24,000 nucleotides of DNA from Gordonia phage Remus. Location of the stretch: sequence record NC_031031.1; one strand, given 5' to 3'. Below, in pieces: positions 8,918-17,086 of the stretch. The position numbers and the translations under genes were made by a program. How positions within the stretch are numbered: position 1 is the stretch's first letter; every line of letters starts with the position of its first letter. The notes beneath the pieces were generated by a model that was given only the letters and a program-made list of their open reading frames with translations, did not search any database and had not been told where the DNA came from.

Positions 8918-9546
8918 GAGATCCTTTCGTGCAGGGCCTCTTTGCCCTGGGTTGATACGAGAGAGTTGACGTCTTCGCCGTCCGGCATCGGGATGATCCG
9001 GGCGTTCGGGAGCGTCTTGGCGACCGTGGTCGCGAACTCCATCCCGGCATCGTCGCCGTCGGCGAGGATGTTGACGTTGCGGTAGCCGAGGAACAGCTCG
9101 CGGAAGTACGGCTTCCACATCGCTGCACCAGGCAGGCCGACTGCTGGCACATCGGCCAGTTCGGCTGAGATCGTGTCGATCTCGCCCTCGCAGATCGCGA
9201 TGTCCTTCGAGTACCGAGTCATCACCTGGGTGTTGTAGATCCGGGGCTTGTCCCCAGCTACGGTGAGGTACTTCGGGTTGGACCCGTCGAGCTTGCGGAA
9301 CCGGAGCGAGGCGACAGACCACCCGCGCCATGGCGAGTAGCGCATGTACGGGATAGCCAAGCACCCGCGGTACATCTCATGACCAGGGAGTGGGTCGTCT
9401 ACGAACCCCAGGCCGTACGGCGCTGCTCTGCCGTCGATCCCCCGACTGGCCAAATACTCTTCGGCCTGGCTTCCCGGCAGATCGTGCCGGTACCGGGTTG
9501 TTGCCTCCCACAGAAAGCTCCGCTGCAATTCGCTTAGCCTCTGCAA
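8914..9546 (-). CDS. DNA primase, TOPRIM-domain part
   Basis: [26 protein letters not shown]...[21 protein letters not shown] motifs; in-frame TTG at 9546 preceded by AAGGAGGTGAG. Confidence 0.85.
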   Translation of the reverse strand: MQRLSELQRSFLWEATTRYRHDLPGSQAEEYLASRGIDGRAAPYGLGFVDDPLPGHEMYRGCLAIPYMRYSPWRGWSVASLRFRKLDGSNPKYLTVAGDKPRIYNTQVMTRYSKDIAICEGEIDTISAELADVPAVGLPGAAMWKPYFRELFLGYRNVNILADGDDAGMEFATTVAKTLPNARIIPMPDGEDVNSLVSTQGKEALHERIS

Positions 9547-9757
9547 AACTCACCTCCTTCTCTTCGTGTCGGATGATCGAGATGACGTCACCCTTGACGC
9601 CACACGCCATACAGTTGAATGCGTCGTTGTCGTAACTGACTGCGGCAGACGGATTCTCGTCGCCGTGGAACGGACAACAGGTCTTGTTCCATTCGTGCTG
9701 GTCCTCGGGTGGTTCCCAGTCCGGGTAGTACCTGAGGATCGCTTGCTTGATGCTCAC
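9377..9757 (-). CDS. DNA primase, CHC2 zinc-binding N-terminal part
   Basis: GTG at 9757 with AGGAGGTG RBS; [58 protein letters not shown]; overlaps the TOPRIM ORF in another frame. Confidence 0.85.
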   Translation of the reverse strand: MSIKQAILRYYPDWEPPEDQHEWNKTCCPFHGDENPSAAVSYDNDAFNCMACGVKGDVISIIRHEEKEVSFAEAKRIAAELSVGGNNPVPARSAGKPGRRVFGQSGDRRQSSAVRPGVRRRPTPWS

Positions 9758-9768
9758 GTCACCTCCTG

Positions 9769-9781
9769 GGGGATAGTCAAG
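9769..9781 (+). promoter_or_regulatory. Stoperator-like 13-mer GGGGATAGTCAAG
   Basis: Core match between the stop at 9783 and the primase RBS. Confidence 0.8.
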
Positions 9782-9782
9782 T

Positions 9783-9947
9783 TCACTCGCGCAGTTCGAG
9801 AATGACCGACGTGCCCTCGGTGTAGTCGTTGGTGCTCCGCTGACGGACCCGCACCTGTGCTGGTGCGTGGATCGTGATCGTTCGATCCTCGGCGTCAATC
9901 TCGAGCACGATGCCCAGCTCTTGGAGAATCTCTTCGAACGCTTCCAT
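9783..9947 (-). CDS. Hypothetical protein (54 aa)
   Basis: [54 protein letters not shown]; start overlaps the upstream stop. Confidence 0.6.
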   Translation of the reverse strand: MEAFEEILQELGIVLEIDAEDRTITIHAPAQVRVRQRSTNDYTEGTSVILELRE

Positions 9948-10582
9948 CAGTACGCGTGACCTCCGGTCCAGTAGCCCTCGAGCGACTTGAACGCTCCGAT
10001 CAGGTCCTTGTGCAACGGAACCGGGGACGAGCAGACGAAGTCGCGGCGAGGGGTGCAGAAGTCGGTGACCGGGATCGGTCCGGACTTCCGAGGTCCGTAC
10101 CAGGTGTAGACGCCTCCGGGGAGATGCGGCAGGCCAGCCGCCTCGATGCCTCCCCAGCCGTCGGGTCCGACCTGGTGACGGGGGTTCCCGAAGAACACCG
10201 CGTACGTGTTCTGCGCCATGTACGGCTGGGTCTGCCAGCGGTCGACGACCAAGGAGCCTGCGGAAGCTCCCAGCGAGTACCCGTAGATGCCGATACGAGT
10301 ACCAGGGCACGTCGCCCGCATGTGCCGAGCTTCCTTCTCGAGCTTGTCCCCTGCGACCTTGCGGGAGTAGTCGGCTCGCAGCACGTCAGCGGGATAGTGG
10401 ATGTTCATCCGCCATCCGGCTGGGACGTTCGGGACGTTGTTCGAGTCGGTGTCCTGGTATCCGCCGATCGCGTAGTGAGCCACCGCGGGGCACCCACCGG
10501 ACTGAGCCGGTGCGGCACCGATGGTTGCTGCAGCCGAAGCTGCGATGATGGCGGCGATGATGCCGCCGAGGATGCGTTTCAT
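9947..10582 (-). CDS. Secreted serine hydrolase (PE-PPE/cutinase-like alpha/beta fold)
   Basis: Signal peptide MKRILGGIIAAIIAASAAATIGAAPAQS and nucleophile elbow GIYGYSLGASAG, with late HxD-type region. Confidence 0.75.
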   Translation of the reverse strand: MKRILGGIIAAIIAASAAATIGAAPAQSGGCPAVAHYAIGGYQDTDSNNVPNVPAGWRMNIHYPADVLRADYSRKVAGDKLEKEARHMRATCPGTRIGIYGYSLGASAGSLVVDRWQTQPYMAQNTYAVFFGNPRHQVGPDGWGGIEAAGLPHLPGGVYTWYGPRKSGPIPVTDFCTPRRDFVCSSPVPLHKDLIGAFKSLEGYWTGGHAY

Positions 10583-11037
10583 ACTTCTCTCATGTCTGGG
10601 GTGATGATCACCCCGATTGCTTGGACAGCGGGCGGTGCCCGCAGGTAGTCGATGATTCGTTGAGCCGCCTCCGGGTCGTCCCTGAGATGGCCCAGGATGT
10701 CGCGGTTGCACTTCTGGCACAGCAGACCTCGGACCATGCCGGTTGCGTGGCAGTGGTCGACTGAGAGCTTCTTCTTGAGCCCTCGGGCTCGCTGGCAGAT
10801 GTAACAGACGCCACCCTGGGCTTCGTAGATCTGGAGGTACTGCTCGGAGGTGATTCCGTAGGTCTCACCGATGTGTCGCTCGTGGGAGTAGTTCCGGCGG
10901 TTACGCCGGACCTGCCGGTGGTGCGTGGCGCACCGCGGACCAGGCACCGGCCTGCCGTTTCTCCCGACCTTCAGCTTGCGCTTCGTCGTGATTCCCTCTG
11001 CGGCACAATCGATGCACCCCTTACGAGGCGTAGTCAT
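10579..11037 (-). CDS. Endonuclease VII-like HNH endonuclease
   Basis: YLQIYEAQGGVCYICQRARGLKKKLSVDHCHATGMVRGLLCQKCNRDILGHLRDDP; two CxxC plus VDHCHATGxVRGLLCxxCN. Confidence 0.9.
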   Translation of the reverse strand: MTTPRKGCIDCAAEGITTKRKLKVGRNGRPVPGPRCATHHRQVRRNRRNYSHERHIGETYGITSEQYLQIYEAQGGVCYICQRARGLKKKLSVDHCHATGMVRGLLCQKCNRDILGHLRDDPEAAQRIIDYLRAPPAVQAIGVIITPDMREV

Positions 11038-11134
11038 CGTCGTCGAACACCGCAATCACGAACCAGGCGATCATCAGCCCTACGAAGATGGCCGTCCAGA
11101 TCACCACCGCGGTGGTTCCTAGGTCGTCGATCAT
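11021..11134 (-). CDS. Tiny membrane protein (37 aa)
   Basis: MIDDLGTTAVVIWTAIFVGLMIAWFVIAVFDDDDYAS; single TM helix with acidic tail. Confidence 0.6.
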   Translation of the reverse strand: MIDDLGTTAVVIWTAIFVGLMIAWFVIAVFDDDDYAS

Positions 11135-11229
11135 CCGACTATGTAGATGACCAGGGCTGAGATGAGAGCAATCACTCCCAGCAGAGCGGCCATGAACCCT
11201 GCGACCCATAGGATCTCGTACAGCAACAA
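11131..11229 (-). CDS. Tiny membrane protein (32 aa)
   Basis: TTG start behind AAGGAGG; manual translation MLLYEILWVAGFMAALLGVIALISALVIYIVG; overlaps the next start by ATGA. Confidence 0.45.
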   Translation of the reverse strand: MLLYEILWVAGFMAALLGVIALISALVIYIVG

Positions 11230-11245
11230 GTCATCCTCCTTTCTG

Positions 11246-11258
11246 GGGGATTGTCAAG
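11246..11258 (+). promoter_or_regulatory. Stoperator-like 13-mer GGGGATTGTCAAG
   Basis: Exact core match in an intergenic gap. Confidence 0.85.
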
Positions 11259-11271
11259 GCCGAGGCCTGGA

Positions 11272-11670
11272 TCAGCGGATGTTGATATCCGGGATGATGG
11301 TCGACGGGTTGTAGGTGACCCGGTAGTGGTCCTTCGACACGTTCGCAGCGTCGAGCTGCTGGATCGAGAACGTGGTGTGCGAGTTCCGACCGTTGATGTG
11401 CTTGTGGTACCCACCGGGCACCTTGCACGTGGTGCGGATCGCGTCCGGATCGATCTCGGCGTTGCACCAGCCTTCGATCAACTGGATGATCTGACCTTCC
11501 TGACCACCGGCCTCGTTGTTGATGATCACGATCCGACGGTTGATCTCGAAGTTGTCGGCGGCGGTGGCGATGTTCTGCGAGACGACGTCGGCGTCGTTCG
11601 CGGTCGAACATGCGGCGAGCGGGAGTGCAGCGGCGAGGGCCAGTAGGCCAGCGGCGAGCTTCTTCTTCAT
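11272..11670 (-). CDS. Predicted lipoprotein
   Basis: MKKKLAAGLLALAAALPLAACSTANDADVV: signal peptide with LAAC lipobox. Confidence 0.8.
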   Translation of the reverse strand: MKKKLAAGLLALAAALPLAACSTANDADVVSQNIATAADNFEINRRIVIINNEAGGQEGQIIQLIEGWCNAEIDPDAIRTTCKVPGGYHKHINGRNSHTTFSIQQLDAANVSKDHYRVTYNPSTIIPDINIR

Positions 11671-11680
11671 TTGGTGCCTT

Positions 11681-11860
11681 TCAGAAAGGGTAGCGACGAA
11701 CGGGAGTGCGACGGGTGATGATCGTGGCCAGGAACGCGGCCCAGAGCACATGGAGGATGCCGACGGTCCACAGCGGGGCTGTGACCCACCACCACGACCA
11801 GTCGATGACCGAGATGAGCTTGAGGACGAGGAACACGAGGAACAACAGGGTGACGAGCAT
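11681..11860 (-). CDS. Small membrane protein (59 aa)
   Basis: MLVTLLFLVFLVLKLISVIDWSWWWVTAPLWTVGILHVLWAAFLATIITRRTPVRRYPF; two TM-like segments. Confidence 0.7.
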   Translation of the reverse strand: MLVTLLFLVFLVLKLISVIDWSWWWVTAPLWTVGILHVLWAAFLATIITRRTPVRRYPF

Positions 11861-11862
11861 GA

Positions 11863-12627
11863 TCAGGCATCCTTGGTGAGGTTGGCGATGGCCCGGTCGA
11901 ACAGCGCGAGCACCGGCTCTTCGCTGGGCTGGGTGTCGTTGAACCGGTAGATGTCTCTGAAGTCTCCGTCTCCGTCCAGGTGCTCCGTGGCCACGACGCT
12001 GCGAAGCGCGTCGACCGCAGCGATGGCGGCTTCGTCCGTGTACTCGTTGTCTCGGACGAAGATTCCGTAGCTGGAGCCGAACTCCCGGATCAGATCTTCG
12101 TACGTGGTGATGCCGGTGGTCGCCGAGACAATGCCTCCGAGCGCACACATGCACCCGTTCGGAGCGATGAGCGACATTTTCGTCCAGCCCTTCTCGACGA
12201 TCAGGCGCTTCGCCTCGATCAGGGTCTCAAGTGCGAGCTGCTTCTCCAGCCGCTTGATCGTGGTGTCGAACAGCTCGATGACTTCCTCGCGGTGACGCTT
12301 CCAGGTGTCGTTGAACCAGTAGACGGTCGAGTACTCGGTGCGCTCCCTGATCGCGATTTCGTCGAAGAGCCCTTCGTTGATGGTGCGGGCCAGCTCGAGG
12401 GAGGCTTCTCGAGACAGCCCGTCTTCCTCGAAGAGCGCATACGACTTCTCGAGCACGGCGTCTTCGCCAGCGGCGGCGACACCGATCGCGCCGAGGGCGC
12501 ACATGCACTTGGAGCCGTCGACTCGACGGATCAGGAGATCCCCTCGGCCCCAAGCGTTCTCGTCGGCGAGCAGCAGCTCCTTGGCCGCGGTCAGGTTGTT
12601 GATCTTGTCGAGCGTGGTGGAGGTCAT
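11863..12627 (-). CDS. Tandem DUF6197-like protein
   Basis: Two internal copies: LTAAKELLLADENAWGRGDLL...KCMCALGAIGVAA...WFNDTW and LIEAKRLIVEKGWTKMSLI...GCMCALGGIVSA...RFNDTQ. Confidence 0.8.
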   Translation of the reverse strand: MTSTTLDKINNLTAAKELLLADENAWGRGDLLIRRVDGSKCMCALGAIGVAAAGEDAVLEKSYALFEEDGLSREASLELARTINEGLFDEIAIRERTEYSTVYWFNDTWKRHREEVIELFDTTIKRLEKQLALETLIEAKRLIVEKGWTKMSLIAPNGCMCALGGIVSATTGITTYEDLIREFGSSYGIFVRDNEYTDEAAIAAVDALRSVVATEHLDGDGDFRDIYRFNDTQPSEEPVLALFDRAIANLTKDA

Positions 12628-12645
12628 GGTCTCTCTTTCAGGTTG

Positions 12646-12658
12646 GGGGATAGTCAAG
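12646..12658 (+). promoter_or_regulatory. Stoperator-like 13-mer GGGGATAGTCAAG
   Basis: Core match directly 3' of the stop at 12660. Confidence 0.8.
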
Positions 12659-12659
12659 T

Positions 12660-13139
12660 TCAGAGGCTGGCGAGGTCGATCTTCTTGGTGATCTCGTCGT
12701 CGTACAAGCCCTTCGGCACCGAGATCCAGGCTCCGTGCTCGGTGGTGTACAAGACCTGGGTACCGTTCGTGACTAGGTACCCTCGGTTGCCGACGCGGTA
12801 GAGCCCGTCGGAGGTCACGGTCACGGGGATGATCGGATCCGGCTCCGGAGTCTCGAGCTGGTCGAGCTGCTCTTCGAGACTCTCGATGCGCTTCTGGATG
12901 TCGGCGATCTTGGCCTTGATCCCCGCCTTGGGGTCGAGGAGTTCGATCGAGGTCGCCCGGATGTATCCGTAGAGTTCTCGGGCGTCGTCGTCCACGAAGA
13001 TGTCTCCGTCACGGTCGGGTGCCTGAGGGTCTTCGAGCAAGAAGGTGTCTCCGACCTTGAGTTCTGCTTCGGAGTCGTTTCGACCGAAGATCGCGGGGCC
13101 GGTCACTACGTACTCGCCTGCAGGGATGGTGTAGCTCAT
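12660..13139 (-). CDS. Hypothetical protein with coiled-coil segment
   Basis: MSYTIPAGEYVVTGPAIFG...IADIQKRIESLEEQLDQLETPEPD... Confidence 0.75.
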   Translation of the reverse strand: MSYTIPAGEYVVTGPAIFGRNDSEAELKVGDTFLLEDPQAPDRDGDIFVDDDARELYGYIRATSIELLDPKAGIKAKIADIQKRIESLEEQLDQLETPEPDPIIPVTVTSDGLYRVGNRGYLVTNGTQVLYTTEHGAWISVPKGLYDDEITKKIDLASL

Positions 13140-13165
13140 TGTGTTTGGTTCCTGTCTGGTAGGTG

Positions 13166-13178
13166 GGGGATTGTCAAG
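13166..13178 (+). promoter_or_regulatory. Stoperator-like 13-mer GGGGATTGTCAAG
   Basis: Exact core match between genes. Confidence 0.85.
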
Positions 13179-13181
13179 TTG

Positions 13182-13925
13182 TCAATCGAAGTCAGCGATA
13201 CGCATGGTATCGCCGACGAACTGCAGCTCCGCGTAATCGCTACCCGAAGCATCGGACTTGCCCCCGCGGTTCTTGACCGCAGAGACGTTGAGTGAGTCGT
13301 ACCCGAAGCCTTCACCGACGCGGTGAAGCGTCAGCACAAGCTCTGGGACACGGGTGATCTGTCCCTTGACCCCGGACATCGGGATCGGCTTGTCTGCATC
13401 GTTGTACGGCCCGGTGACGTGGTGGAGGCCGATCACGCAGGCTCCGGTATCTCGGGACATGGTGTGCAGGTAGTCCATCAGCGACTCGAGACCTGCGAAC
13501 GGGTCGTCCTCCGCTGAATCCGTCCGGACGTTGGTGATGTTGTCGACCACGATCAGTGACGGATAGTCCTCGTACAGAGCGTAATACGCCTCCATCGAGT
13601 TCTCGAGCGTGTCCAACGACGGGGATGCGTTGTAGTTGAACCGGATCAGCACCTGGTCCAGATCCTCGGCGACCCCTGGGTCGAGGTCTTGGTTCCGGAC
13701 CTGGCCTGCCGATTTCTCGAGCGGGTTCCCGGTCATCATCGACACCATGCGGGTGAGCTGGGTGAATGCGTCCGAGTCTGCTGAGAAGTACATCGTGTTG
13801 ACGCCCGACTTCACTGCGTAGTCGAGCACGAACGCTGACTTGCCGGTGCCCGGACCGGCACAGACAAGGCACAACTGGCCTCGTCGGAGTATCACGCCTT
13901 TGTCCTCGATGGCTTTGTAGACCAT
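13182..13925 (-). CDS. DnaB/RecA-type P-loop ATPase (replicative helicase-like)
   Basis: Walker A AGPGTGKSAF, Walker B YPSLIVVDNITN, VIGLHH and SAVKNRGG motifs; single short domain. Confidence 0.85.
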   Translation of the reverse strand: MVYKAIEDKGVILRRGQLCLVCAGPGTGKSAFVLDYAVKSGVNTMYFSADSDAFTQLTRMVSMMTGNPLEKSAGQVRNQDLDPGVAEDLDQVLIRFNYNASPSLDTLENSMEAYYALYEDYPSLIVVDNITNVRTDSAEDDPFAGLESLMDYLHTMSRDTGACVIGLHHVTGPYNDADKPIPMSGVKGQITRVPELVLTLHRVGEGFGYDSLNVSAVKNRGGKSDASGSDYAELQFVGDTMRIADFD

Positions 13926-13991
13926 CGGCAGCGGGTCACCTGCCGAGCCTCGGACGTAGAGCGACTGTCTGGGTGTGAGAATGGGTACCTC

Positions 13992-14300
13992 CTAGTCGGT
14001 GTAGTTGGTGATGAACACCGGGTCTTCCGGTGCAACGGTGAAGGTGCTCCACTCGGAGTAGCCTTCGTCGGTGTTGGTGATGTCGATCTCGACTTCGTCC
14101 GTGTGCATGTGGACCCTGCGGATCTCGCCGTGAACCGTTGCGGAGATCTTGGCTTCGCGGAGCACGACCGGGAAGACGACAAGCTGGCCGATGTCGGCGT
14201 GGGACAACTCACCTGCAGGCTTCGAGGCACAGTCCCACATTCCGGATCGGAGGGCGTGAGCGTCGGCGTCGGGCAGAGCGATGGGCAGGTGCGTAGACAT
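13992..14300 (-). CDS. Hypothetical protein
   Basis: MSTHLPIALPDADAHALRSGMWDCASKPAGELSHADIGQLVVFPVVLREAKISATVHGEIRRVHMHTDEVEIDI... Confidence 0.7.
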   Translation of the reverse strand: MSTHLPIALPDADAHALRSGMWDCASKPAGELSHADIGQLVVFPVVLREAKISATVHGEIRRVHMHTDEVEIDITNTDEGYSEWSTFTVAPEDPVFITNYTD

Positions 14301-14408
14301 GCGGAATCTCCTTCTGTTGTTCGTCAGTGTGGTTGTACTGGGGCACAAGGCAATAGCCGTTTGTTGTTTAAGACCAGGGCGTGGCACCCCGCCCGGTCCC
14401 CCGATGAA

Positions 14409-14582
14409 CTAGCCGAGATACCCGGCGAGATCCTCGATCAGCTTCGGAATCTCCGAGAACGGGATGTAGACCGAGTGCGAGTTGCCGTCTGGATCGACCA
14501 CAGAGGTCAGCAAGGTGTTGTGTTGGCTGGAACGAGCGACCTCGATGAGGTCGCCGTCTTCGTCGGTGTAGCTGAAGGCCAT
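14409..14582 (-). CDS. Hypothetical protein (57 aa)
   Basis: Manual translation MAFSYTDEDGDLIEVARSSQHNTLLTSVVDPDGNSHSVYIPFSEIPKLIEDLAGYLG. Confidence 0.65.
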   Translation of the reverse strand: MAFSYTDEDGDLIEVARSSQHNTLLTSVVDPDGNSHSVYIPFSEIPKLIEDLAGYLG

Positions 14583-14592
14583 GGTGGATCTC

Positions 14593-14787
14593 CTATCGGA
14601 TGAATCGCAGCGGTGCAGCCACGATGGTGGTCGCCAGGTCGAAGCTGGCCTGGACCAGCTCTCCCGCGGCGGTGATGACGCCTAGAGCGTCCCATGCAAC
14701 AGCGACAGGGAGGCTCACGGACTCCCCGCCGACGGCGTACAACAGGTCGTCGGACCGGTGCTCAGGCAACAGCCCGGACATGCTCAC
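14593..14787 (-). CDS. Hypothetical protein (64 aa)
   Basis: MSMSGLLPEHRSDDLLYAVGGESVSLPVAVAWDALGVITAAGELVQASFDLATTIVAAPLRFIR. Confidence 0.6.
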   Translation of the reverse strand: MSMSGLLPEHRSDDLLYAVGGESVSLPVAVAWDALGVITAAGELVQASFDLATTIVAAPLRFIR

Positions 14788-15062
14788 AGCTTCTCCTTCC
14801 GGATGATCGGATCGTGGATCGGCACGTCAGCCTCGATCGCGTCGGACTCGGCGTCCATCGCGTCCCGCAGGTCGAGCATCACCTGCTGGCCCTTGCGCCG
14901 GAGCAGCCGCATGATGTCTTTGCCGTGGATCCCGTTGCGCTGCATCCGGAGGATGCCTGCGGTCTCGTGTGGAGCCTTGAGCATCTGCTCTTCGCTCAGT
15001 GTGTCGGTCTCGGTCGTCCACTCTCGTGGGTTGTCAGGTCCGAACTCGTCTGTTTGGGTCAT
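14784..15062 (-). CDS. Hypothetical protein (92 aa)
   Basis: MTQTDEFGPDNPREWTTETDTLSEEQMLKAPHETAGILRMQRNGIHGKDIMRLLRRKGQQ... Confidence 0.7.
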   Translation of the reverse strand: MTQTDEFGPDNPREWTTETDTLSEEQMLKAPHETAGILRMQRNGIHGKDIMRLLRRKGQQVMLDLRDAMDAESDAIEADVPIHDPIIRKEKL

Positions 15063-15073
15063 TCCTCTCCTCA

Positions 15074-15086
15074 GGGGATTGTCAAG
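15074..15086 (+). promoter_or_regulatory. Stoperator-like 13-mer GGGGATTGTCAAG
   Basis: Exact core match, next to the stop at 15089. Confidence 0.85.
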
Positions 15087-15088
15087 GG

Positions 15089-15940
15089 TCAGGCCCCGAA
15101 AACGGGGCAGTGGTAGTTCACATCGCAGAAGGCGCATTTGTCGGCCTCCGGCTTGGCCTCGAAGTCTGCAGCTTCGATGCCTCGTTCGACGTCGTGGAAC
15201 GCCTCGGTGATCTTCTCCTTCGTCCAGTCGGTGAGGTCGTAGGGCGCGGTCGGCTTCCCGACCTTGCCTTTCTTCCCGGCCATGTAGTAGTCGCCGGTCT
15301 CCGGCTTCTCGACTCCGAACATCATCGAGATCGCCAGAGCGTAGACCGCGAGCTGGAAGTCGTCACCGGGGGTCGCCCCGGTCTTGTAGTCGCGGACACG
15401 CAGCTCTCCGGTCGGAAGCTCGACGACGGCGTCGATGTAGCCTCGGACCCGGATGCCGTCCAGCTCGATCAGGAAGTACAGCTCGACTGCGGGCTTGCCC
15501 TCGGGCGTGATCCAGATCTTCTGGCCGTTCGGGAAGCCTTTGACGCTCCCCTCGAGGAACCTGAAGAACTTCTCGATCTGCTCGAGCCCGACTTCCCAGC
15601 GGCGCTCGAGATCGCGCTCACCGTTGTACGGTCCGGACCAGAACCACCAGTCGAGGTTCGGCGTAGCCTCGGTATATCGACCGACCTCCTTGGCGTACTC
15701 CTCCTTGAACAGCTCCTTGGCCTCCTCGAGGCTCATCGGAGTGCCCTCGAAGTCGCTCAGGCACTTCTTCTCGAGGACCGTGTGAACCGCTGAGCCCTGA
15801 GGGAGCCAGGCTGCAGGCCTGGACCACACCTTGTCGATTCGAGCGAGCTTGTACGCCATCGGACATCGGACGTACGAGTTGAGCTGAGACACGGATCTGA
15901 GTGGCAGTTTCTTCGTGTCATCAGGTATTGTCACTGTCAA
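15089..15940 (-). CDS. Cas4/RecB-like PD-(D/E)XK exonuclease
   Basis: LRSVSQLNSYVRCPMAYKLARI...VRGYIDAVVELPTGELRVRDYKTG...DKCAFCDVNYHCPVFGA; nuclease motifs and FeS-type cysteines. Start is TTG at 15940 or GTG at 15934. Confidence 0.87.
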   Translation of the reverse strand: MTVTIPDDTKKLPLRSVSQLNSYVRCPMAYKLARIDKVWSRPAAWLPQGSAVHTVLEKKCLSDFEGTPMSLEEAKELFKEEYAKEVGRYTEATPNLDWWFWSGPYNGERDLERRWEVGLEQIEKFFRFLEGSVKGFPNGQKIWITPEGKPAVELYFLIELDGIRVRGYIDAVVELPTGELRVRDYKTGATPGDDFQLAVYALAISMMFGVEKPETGDYYMAGKKGKVGKPTAPYDLTDWTKEKITEAFHDVERGIEAADFEAKPEADKCAFCDVNYHCPVFGA

Positions 15941-16335
15941 GGCACGAGATCTCCGTTTCTGTGAGTGATGGCATCGGTGATGTGGTTACGCAAGACTTCG
16001 AGATCGAACAGGCAGCGGCCTACTGCTTTGGACAGGAGATAGACCGCTGCCTCTGCCTTCCCGTGCATCATCTTCTCGGCTTCGAGAACGCCGTGAAACA
16101 GGCTGGTCTTGGCTTCGGCCCTGAGAATCCGGTCGGCCACCGGGGCATACAACTTCCCGGTGTCCTTGACCAGAGGGCTTCTGTAGACCAGCAGGATCTC
16201 GACTGAATCCTGAGAGCATGACTCCACCGTGCAAGACTGCGCGAACAGCCAGTGTTGCTTGTGGACGAGTACCGATGGGGGGTCCAGGACTTCGAGTCCG
16301 GGCATCGACGACGGCAGCAGGTGTGAGAGGGGCAC
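15937..16335 (-). CDS. Hypothetical protein (132 aa or shorter)
   Basis: MPLSHLLPSSMPGLEVLDPPSVLVHKQHWLFAQSCTVESCSQDSVEILLVYRSPLV... Confidence 0.65.
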   Translation of the reverse strand: MPLSHLLPSSMPGLEVLDPPSVLVHKQHWLFAQSCTVESCSQDSVEILLVYRSPLVKDTGKLYAPVADRILRAEAKTSLFHGVLEAEKMMHGKAEAAVYLLSKAVGRCLFDLEVLRNHITDAITHRNGDLVP

Positions 16336-16350
16336 TACGCTGTTCTTCTT

Positions 16351-16872
16351 TCAGATGAGCTGAGCGATGTCTGGTGGCCAGCACCAGATCATCTCTCCTT
16401 CGTCGGTGAGATTCGTGTGCTCGTTCACTCGAATGAGCAAGTCATCGTCACCGATCACGCGGGGTCGGTAGGCGAAGCCACCAGTCTTGGCTACGCCGGG
16501 GGTCGGTGGAATCTCAGGATCGAACTCGACGACGATGTCCTCGTCGCGGAGCTTCTTCCACCACTTCTTGAGACGGTTGAGCTTGTCCTCGGACATGCCC
16601 TTGCCTCCCGTCCGCATGTACTCTCCGTGATCTCGAAGTCTGCGGTACGGAACTGCCTTCGTGTGCTTGAACTCGGTCTCCCAAGGCCAAGCCTCGTTGA
16701 CGACCTGTCGAGTGGACATACGCCCACCATAGGTCCGGATGTGCCAGGAGACAGCCTGACGAGTCACATTGAACATCTCAGCGATCTCGGTCTGGTTGTG
16801 GCCCTGGCTCTTGAGGGACTCGATCACCTCCTTCGAAAGCTCGGGGACAGTTGGGTATGCGTTGCGGCTCAT
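16351..16872 (-). CDS. Immunity repressor, L5 gp71-like
   Basis: YPTVPELSKEVIESLKSQGHNQTEIAEMFNVTRQAVSWHIRTYGG HTH; size, position and the surrounding stoperator sites fit the cluster-A repressor. Confidence 0.85.
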   Translation of the reverse strand: MSRNAYPTVPELSKEVIESLKSQGHNQTEIAEMFNVTRQAVSWHIRTYGGRMSTRQVVNEAWPWETEFKHTKAVPYRRLRDHGEYMRTGGKGMSEDKLNRLKKWWKKLRDEDIVVEFDPEIPPTPGVAKTGGFAYRPRVIGDDDLLIRVNEHTNLTDEGEMIWCWPPDIAQLI

Positions 16873-16933
16873 GCTTAACCTCCATGAGAAAGGTCTCCGT
16901 TCATTGTCCTTGACGGACTGCAGAGTATCAGCC

Positions 16934-16946
16934 GGGGAGTGTCAAA
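16934..16946 (+). promoter_or_regulatory. Variant operator-like 13-mer GGGGAGTGTCAAA upstream of the repressor
   Basis: Two mismatches to the core; 62 bp upstream of the repressor start. Confidence 0.6.
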
Positions 16947-17086
16947 GACATGTCTGCTCCATTAAGCGTGTCGTTCGCCAGACCTACAGCCCGAGGCTCG
17001 AGCTGAGGTTGACAGTTGTTGCGGATCTGTAACTTAGGTAACCGAATCGTAAACTAGCGGTGCCTGTGATCACATCGCAACTTACT

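Noticed and set aside
8439-9152. 237-aa minus-strand extension upstream of the NrdH-like product
   Set aside because: The N-terminal part is out-of-frame junk; the real start is ATG 8708 ([12 protein letters not shown]), matching redoxin length.
15026-15038. Stoperator-like GTGGGTTGTCAGG
   Set aside because: Lies inside a coding sequence and breaks the conserved TCAA core.
14999-15793. 264-aa plus-strand ORF
   Set aside because: Antisense shadow of the Cas4/RecB-like nuclease gene.
15089-15940. CRISPR-Cas adaptation module
   Set aside because: The Cas4-like nuclease is a normal cluster-A replication/recombination gene; no cas1/cas2 or repeat-spacer array is present.
15929-15941. Stoperator-like TGTCACTGTCAAG at the start of the Cas4/RecB-like gene
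   Set aside because: Matches only the 3' half of the core (CTGTCAAG) and overlaps the start codon; too degenerate to call.
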